Below, in pieces: positions 56,682 to 64,000 of a stretch of DNA of 64,000 nucleotides. The notes under the pieces are model-generated. The model ran no database searches. It saw nothing but the letters and a program-made list of their open reading frames with translations, and had not been told where the DNA came from. The stretch covers positions 50,606,227 through 50,670,226 of the forward strand of contig NC_068988.1 of the NCBI RefSeq assembly GCF_001194135.2, read 5' to 3'. Position numbers and translations under genes: made by a program. Source of the DNA: Octopus bimaculoides (taxonomy: Eukaryota). The number at the start of each line of letters is the position of its first letter. Position 1 is the first letter of the stretch.

Positions 56682-57107
56682 GTAATGTAACCGCAATTTT
56701 NNNNNNNNNNNNNNNNNNNNNNNNNNNNNNNNNNNNNNNNNNNNNNNNNNNNNNNNNNNNNNNNNNNNNNNNNNNNNNNNNNNNNNNNNNNNNNNNNNNN
56801 NNNNNNNNNNNNNNNNNNNNNNNNNNNNNNNNNNNNNNNNNNNNNNNNNNNNNNNNNNNNNNNNNNNNNNNNNNNNNNNNNNNNNNNNNNNNNNNNNNNN
56901 NNNNNNNNNNNNNNNNNNNNNNNNNNNNNNNNNNNNNNNNNNNNNNNNNNNNNNNNNNNNNNNNNNNNNNNNNNNNNNNNNNNNNNNNNNNNNNNNNNNN
57001 NNNNNNNNNNNNNNNNNNNNNNNNNNNNNNNNNNNNNNNNNNNNNNNNNNNNNNNNNNNNNNNNNNNNNNNNNNNNNNNNNNNNNNNNNNNNNNNNNNNN
57101 NNNTATA

Positions 57108-58010
57108 CGAGGTGGTATCAAAACGTTACCGGACTAGTAGCGCGCCAACAGATGGCAGCAAACGGTTGTTTGCGCAGAGAGAGATAGCAAAGACTTTCAT
57201 GAGGCAGTGTGCCGTGTGACATTGCTGTGTTTACTTCGCTAGTTGTGAAGTTTGTGTTTTTGTGATCACGTGTGTGCTGTAGCCAGCGATTTTGTCATGG
57301 GCAGGATGTTGGAACAAAGAGCCAACGTGAAATTTTGCGTTAAACGTGGGAAGTCTGCTACGGAGACATTGAGCATGCTTCGGTAAGCTTACGGAGACGA
57401 AGCAATGAGTCGTACGCAATGTTTCGAGTGGCTAGGGCACTTCAAAAGCAGAAGAACGTCCCTGCAAGACATGCCACGAGCGTCATCCCCGGAAATGTGA
57501 TATTGTGTATTGAGAATTCGTCTCCCAGGGTCAGACAGTCAATCGAGAATTCTACCGCGATGTTTTTAAGCGTTTGAAGGAGGATATTCTATGAAAGCGA
57601 CCGGATTTGTGGAGCGCGAAGAATTGGATTTCTCACAATGACAATGTACCCTGTCGCCGTGCTCTCCTCATACGTGAGTTTCTCGCCAAAAACAGCATGA
57701 TATCGCTTCCATACCCGCCCTATTCGCCAGATTTAGCAACTGCAGACTTCCATCTCTTCCTCACGATGAAAATGTAGCTCAAAGGTCTCCGTATTAACAC
57801 CGTTGTCGAGATCCAGAGCGAATTATAGAAGGTCCTCGACTCACTGACGGAAAACGACTTCCAGTTCGGATTCCGAAAATGGCACGAATGATGGGACTGG
57901 TGTATGGCTGCGCAAGGTAATCATTTCGAAGGAGATGATGTTAAAACTTAGGTAAATAAGTTTTTTTTTTTATTGAACATAACTAGTACGGAAATCTTTT
58001 GATGACACCT

Positions 58011-58012
<2 letters not shown>
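57108..58012 (+). mobile_element. Internally deleted mariner (DD34D-type) element
   Basis: TA-flanked imperfect TIRs (cgaggtggtatcaaaacgttaccggactagt / actagtacggaaatcttttgatgacaccttg); MLEQRANVKFCVKRGKSATET; HNDNVPC; PPYSPDLATADFHLF; NHFEGD. Confidence 0.88.
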
Positions 58013-58043
<31 letters not shown>

Positions 58044-58568
58044 NNNNNNNNNNNNNNNNNNNNNNNNNNNNNNNNNNNNNNNNNNNNNNNNNNNNNNNNN
58101 NNNNNNNNNNNNNNNNNNNNNNNNNNNNNNNNNNNNNNNNNNNGACTTGTATACCGGAATATATGGTAATTCTTCAATGAAGAATAATCTTTCCATATAC
58201 CTTATGGCTGTCGCATTGTTATTGAGTAAAGCCACCCTTTTGCTCCCCATCTTGCCTTATTTCAAAGAAGTTATGCCTTCTTCCCACGGGTTTTCATGAT
58301 GGCAAAGTCATACACCTGTATGGCAGGCTAAACTCATTCCTAGTTAGCCTACGGCTCTTCTTTTGAAGATGTAGCCGCACGTGCAACTTGACTATTACGA
58401 CTGACTCTGCTTAAACTACACCTTAGAGTGCCCTCAGAAACGAAGAAACTACAAAAAAATGCAGGCTGATCAAAGTCTAAAAACACTATAGATTTCAAGT
58501 TGGATTATCTTTCCCTCATGCACATTTACACGCACACATACACACACATATATATACATGTATGTATG

Positions 58569-58879
58569 CGAGTTGGTAACAAAAAGTTTTCCGACTAGTT
58601 CTGTAGCGTCAACAGATGACAGCACACGGTTGCGTGTAAAATGAGAGCTAATATTGATCTTCATGTCGCTGTGATAATCCAGAACGAATCGGAGAAAGTC
58701 CTCGACTCGCTTAAGGAAAACGACTTCCAGTCCGGATTCCAAAAGTGATAGGAATGCTAGGGCTGGTGTATTGCAGCACAAGGTTACTTATTTCGAAGTA
58801 GATGATGTTAAAACTCAGGTAAATAAGTTATTTTTTTATTTATGCATTACTAGTCCTCCAACTCTTTGATATCACCTCG
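58569..58879 (+). mobile_element. MITE-sized deletion derivative of the same mariner family
   Basis: Both TIRs, plus the 5' leader and the transposase 3' end (aaggtcctcgactc...gaaaacgacttccag...gatgatgttaaaact) shared with 57108-58012. Confidence 0.82.
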
Positions 58880-58894
58880 TATATTCACATTCCA

Positions 58895-59860
58895 TTCTTC
58901 ATTTCTTTCTTTCTTTCTTTCTTTCTTTCCTTCCTTCCTTCCTTCCTTTCGTTCGTTCGTTCGTTCGTTTGTTTGTTTGTTTGTTTGTTTCTTTCTTTCT
59001 TCCAAATGAACTCGTTCAACCAGCTAATTCGACTTATGAAAACTATCATTATCATGAATTTCAAATGTAAATCTCTTGGCCCACATTTCAAAAATAAATA
59101 AGTAAAAATATAAACAAACAAATAAATAAATAAATAAATACACAAATAAATAAATAAATAAATAACGTAAAATTTCTCCGTGCGCAAAAGTATCAGTAAT
59201 TGTTTTTCTAACTAAATTTGCCTTGTTTTATCATATCTAGATGAAAAACGCGTCCAAGTACCCTGGTGGAAAAAATGTATGTCTACAAAGCAAGAATCAA
59301 TTAATAGATGCACAGAATTATAGGCGACAAGTGTGTTTGCGTGTGTGTTTGCGTGTGTGTTTGCATGTATGTGTTTGCCTGTTTGTTTGCATGTGTGTGT
59401 GTGTATTTGCGTGTGTGTGTGTTTGCGTGTGTGTTTGTGTGTATGTGTGTTTGCATGTGTGTTTGTGTCTGTGTGTGTGTATGTGTGTGTGTGTATGTGT
59501 GTTTGTGTGTGTTTGTATGTGTATGTTTGTGCGCGCATGCGTGTGTGAGTGCGTGTTGAAGTATGATCGTAAAAGTCGTTCTCTTTGTGTAATAGCGAAT
59601 TTATCGCATCTATCCATGCATAAACTTGGAGATACACATATACATACATACATAATACATAATACATACATACATGCATACACATACATATATTCATATA
59701 AAGACACACACGTATACACACATGCATACATACATATATATATATATACATACATGTATATCTACATACGTACGTGCGTACATACGTACGTACATACATG
59801 CATACATACATACACACATACATACATACATACATACATACATACATACATACATACATG
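58895..59860. repeat. Compound microsatellite block: (TTTC)(TTCC)(TTCG)(TTTG), (AAAT)n, (GT)-rich, (CATA)n
   Basis: Directly visible; it produces the spurious long ORFs at 59212-59891. Confidence 0.9.
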
Positions 59861-60374
59861 ATGACTGAAACTCAATTTTGCGGAATGTCATCGCTTGATT
59901 GCTCTCTTATAGCAGCATCTATGTGACTTTTCAGTCCTGCAAGGGTCAACACTTTTATGTAAAAATGTAGTAATGATGGGCACCTCTATCAGCAGGTGTT
60001 CAGAGACTTATCACTCACACTGTTACATGCCTTCATTCTATTACGGTTTTTTTTCATTGTTTATTTTGACTTGTTCGGCTATGGCTACCCATAATATACA
60101 ATACGTAATAGAGATGTTAAAAAAAATTAAGCGGTGACTGTATCCGAATATTTTTAAGTGTGGGAAGACCTTGTACAGAGCCAGGCACCTTGGGCAAGCG
60201 TCTTCTACTATAGTCTCGGACCAACCAAAGCCTTATGAGCGGATTTGGTAGACGGAAACTGAAGAGAAGCCTGTNNNNNNNNNNNNNNNNNNNNNNNNNN
60301 NNNNNNNNNNNNNNNNNNNNNNNNNNNNNNNNNNNNNNNNNNNNNNNNNNNNNNNNNNNNNNNNNNNNNNNNNN

Positions 60375-60424
<50 letters not shown>

Positions 60425-60465
60425 CTATTATTATCATCATCATTATTATTATTATTGTTATTATC

Positions 60466-60548
<83 letters not shown>

Positions 60549-60972
60549 CATTATTATTGTTTTCCATCATTATTTCCATCATTTGTAAATTGAAATGGGG
60601 AAATGAGAATTGTTTCTTAAAATTGAAATCGTGAGTGAATGAGAAATTAAAATGAAATCTGAATCGAAAAATATTGTAATTGAAATTCGGTATGGAAGCT
60701 AACAAAGAGTTCTTTTAGATTTTAAATATTGTTTTTCGATTTGAGTTCGGAGTTTCTTACAAATAGAAGTTTTCCAGTCACCAAATATAACTCATATCAT
60801 AAAAATTATCAATTGTGTGAAGTTCAGATTTTACTCCCCGACCTTGAAAGAAAGAACAAAACCAAAAAGAGAAAAGAAAATACACAAAACAACAAAAACA
60901 AAACAAACAAAAACAAATTCTCATTCGGAGTTAATGTTCTCAATGCATTTCATCTTATTTTATAATATACAG

Positions 60973-61008
60973 ATAAAGATCATGACTACGGTAGCAGGCG
61001 TTGGCATC
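60973..61008 (+). CDS. Candidate 36-nt microexon of an unidentified gene (IKIMTTVAGVGI)
   Basis: atacag| ... |gtaagt, length a multiple of 3; paralogous copy at 63162-63194. Confidence 0.4.
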
Positions 61009-63161
61009 GTAAGTATACAAATTTAGAATAATCTTTTTACCGAAAAATTGATATGCGATAACTCTATATATTGATTTGTAACATTGGTACAGAGCTACAT
61101 ATCATTGACAAGAGGGTATGGTATATTGAATCGATCTCAGCACTTGACTGGTACTTTGTTTTATCCACTCTTAAAGGATGAAAGCTAAATCTGACATCTT
61201 CGGGATTTGATCTCAGAAATTATAAGGCTGCAACTTACTACTGCAAAGTATTTTGTCCGACGCTCTAACGATCTTTCTAATCTATCATTTACTATCCTAA
61301 TACTTCAATGGATGATAAACTTCATACATACATATATACAGGTATACTTGCATACATAAAAACATACATACATACATGCATACATGCAGACTTCAGCTTT
61401 TTGTCTGAACGTATATAGTTTTCACAAAGTCATCTTACCTTCATATGAAATAGCTTAGCTGTAAAATTCTGGTAAAGTTTTATGCGAATATTTTCCCTTA
61501 TTTAAGGATTAGATATATATATTTCAGTATATATGTGTATACTATCACTTCGGCACTTGACGTGTGGCACACCGCGCATCTGTAAAGGCAAAATCAGTTT
61601 AATGGAGTACGTGAGCTTATGTGCAGCACAAGCATTTGATCATTATAAACAAATCCTCTGTATAAGGTGTTGAGCAAGAAATTACAGAACCGTCTTCCTT
61701 GGATCGAGAGATTATCATTAAATTAAGTATGTGTAAATGAGTTAAATAGCTTTTCGGTAAAGCTTCGTTCGTATTGCATGTTTATGAAGTATGTACGATA
61801 ACACACACTTAAAAGCAAGGCAAAAATAGAAGAAATCTCAAGCTATGAATAGTTATGAAATTTAATTACTGCTAAATTCTGTCGAAACTTTCAAAATCTA
61901 TCAGCATATTTTAAATTTACAAATCCTCATGCTTAATGCTAAATAACGAACTAGATCAAAGACAAGAATTTACAAGCTTTGGTGAAAGAGTAAAGTATAA
62001 GTCGGCGTACTGAAAATATATAATGCTGAAGAAGCTGTCCTTCAGATATAATTAATCAGATTAATATATGGCTTCAACGAAACAGGATATTAGTTCAAGA
62101 ATCTCAGAATTTATCGTTGGTATTTCATAACATTGAATGGAAAGTGTAAAGATTTCTGAAGATGTACCAACAACTTTCAATCTTATCAATAAATAAATAA
62201 ATGAATAAATAAATAAAGCTAAAATTGTTCACTCGACTGTCTTCCAGTACGTTTTCTTTATGATTTTGATTAGCTGTCCCGAAGTGTTTTCTTTATATAA
62301 TTGTACCTACTGTATTATCATTACATTGTATCATCTCAGTTAACTGAGGGAAGAAACAGGGAATATGGTAGAGTATATATATTTCGCAGATATATTAACA
62401 AAATAATACAAGAAAAAAGACAGGAAATAAACACAAGAAAGTAGTGGCCGGTCTCAAAATACCATTAATTATCTCGTTTACTATCCTGTGATTCTGCACA
62501 TATATCACTTAACATATTACTGAATGCACTATGGAGCTCCCGTAAGCTCGTATAATCAAGTCAAATCTGTCTTTTCTGTAATTCTAAATGTACTATTTTA
62601 CATCTACAAGATAATTTAACATTATGAGGACCGAGTATTCTATTAATAATCTTGATAGCACGCCTCCACATCTACATTATTTCGTTGGTTGTGATAAAAA
62701 AATAGTTCTGTATTGATTATTTGACATCATCAAAAATATTCTAAACGGAATATTTTCTGGTTATTTATTTATTCTAAATATTAAAAAAAATTCTTATTTA
62801 TTTATTTATTTATTTATTATTTATTTATTTATTTTTCTTCATTTATGGTCCGTTTGCATATTTAAATTTTGTGTTTTGACTTAAATCAAATTCACAAGAA
62901 AATGTGAAATCGAATTCAATTGAAAAAGTTATAAAGATTGTTGCTGAAATTAGGAATGGAACGGAAAAATCAATAATTTCAGTTGTTTAAATATCTGTTC
63001 TCGATTAATGCTTATATTTTAAATTCTATATATTCATGTCTTCAATTAACTCTTACCAGACAAAATTTGGTTTATAAAAATATTAGCTTGATGAAACTTG
63101 TATTTTAAACTGAAAATAATATCCTTCTAAAGATATTTCCGCTTTGTTTTCTAATATATAG

Positions 63162-63194
63162 GTAGACATCATGATGTTGATTGGCATGGGAATC
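63162..63194 (+). CDS. Candidate 33-nt microexon of an unidentified gene (VDIMMLIGMGI)
   Basis: atatag| ... |gtaagt, length a multiple of 3; paralogous to 60973-61008. Confidence 0.4.
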
Positions 63195-63257
63195 GTAAGT
63201 AAAACAAACCTAGAATTATATTTTAATCGAGAAAAGTCAATGTGTAACTTTCTATAT

Positions 63258-63644
63258 CAGTTAGTTGGCACTCCGTCGCTTACGACGTCGAGGGTTCCAG
63301 TTGATCCGATCAACGGAACAGCCTACTCGTGAAATTAACGTGGAAGTGGCTGAGCACTCCACAGACACGTGTACCCTTAACGTAGTTCTCGGGGATATTC
63401 AGCGTGACACAGTGTGACAAGGCTGACCCTTTGAATTACGGGCACAACAGAAACAGGAAGTAAGAGTGACAGAAAGTTGTGGTGAAAGAGTACAGCAGGG
63501 TTCGCCACCATCCCCTGCCGGAGCCTCGTGGAGCTTTAGGTGTTTTCGCTCAATAAACACTCACAACGCCCGGTCTGGGAATCGAAACCGCGATCCTATG
63601 ACCGCGAGTCCGCTGCCCTAACCACTGGGCCATTGCGCCTCCAC
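63258..63644 (-). mobile_element. Full-length tRNA-derived SINE, same family as 153-536
   Basis: Colinear with 153-536 in reverse; 11-bp TSD actttctatat (63247-63257 and 63645-63655). Confidence 0.92.
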
Positions 63645-64000
63645 ACTTTCTATATTAACTTCTGACATTTGTACAGGACTAGATATTTTCGATGAGAGAA
63701 TAAAGTACATTGAATCGAACTCAGTACTAGGCTAGCACTTTAACTTATTCCCTCCGGAAGAAAGAAAGCTAACATTGACATAGAAGAATTTCAACTTAGG
63801 ACAAAGTAGGTATAGCTACTTATATTCTATAAAGGATTTTATATGACGTTCTAATGATTCAGCAATAACGCCTTCTTAATAGCTATTTGTATTAAGGTAC
63901 AATAAGATCCCTCAATGGGTGATAAACTTAATATATACAGATATTGTTAAGTGTAAATGTTATTTTTAAGTTTGAACGCATATAATTGCTTCCATGCTAT

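Noticed and set aside
59212-59891. Several 60-215 aa ORFs (YVCM/HTHT/CVCV-rich)
   Set aside because: They are translations of (CATA)n and (GT)n microsatellites. The same applies to ORFs at 24751-25171, 41832-42158, 45342-46340 and 60117-60705, and to ORFs spanning N gaps.

Overview
Eukaryotic, AT-rich, microsatellite- and SINE-dense genomic DNA with several N gaps. The repeat families suggest an octopod cephalopod (inference). Bases 886-45113 hold 31 plus-strand coding exons of MED23 (Mediator subunit 23). I joined them by hand into one uninterrupted frame of 3802 nt (1 nt + 1266 codons + TAA). The N-terminal ~95 aa lie upstream of the window. Two MED23 introns (33881-37102 and 42700-44902) carry full U12 (minor spliceosome) signatures. 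Introns contain tRNA-derived SINEs, RTE LINE fragments, hAT- and piggyBac-type MITEs, a maT-type mariner, a Helentron-type HINE and a Penelope-like element with a decayed hammerhead ribozyme. Downstream of MED23 (about 46-60 kb) is a transposon graveyard (Tc1, MULE, R4/Dong LINE, mariner plus its MITE) that also holds an apparently intact minimal hammerhead ribozyme at 56618-56681 (-). At 60.6-63.9 kb a diverged tandem duplication carries two paralogous 33-36 nt candidate microexons of an unidentified plus-strand gene. All alignments and counts were done by eye; no database searches were run.
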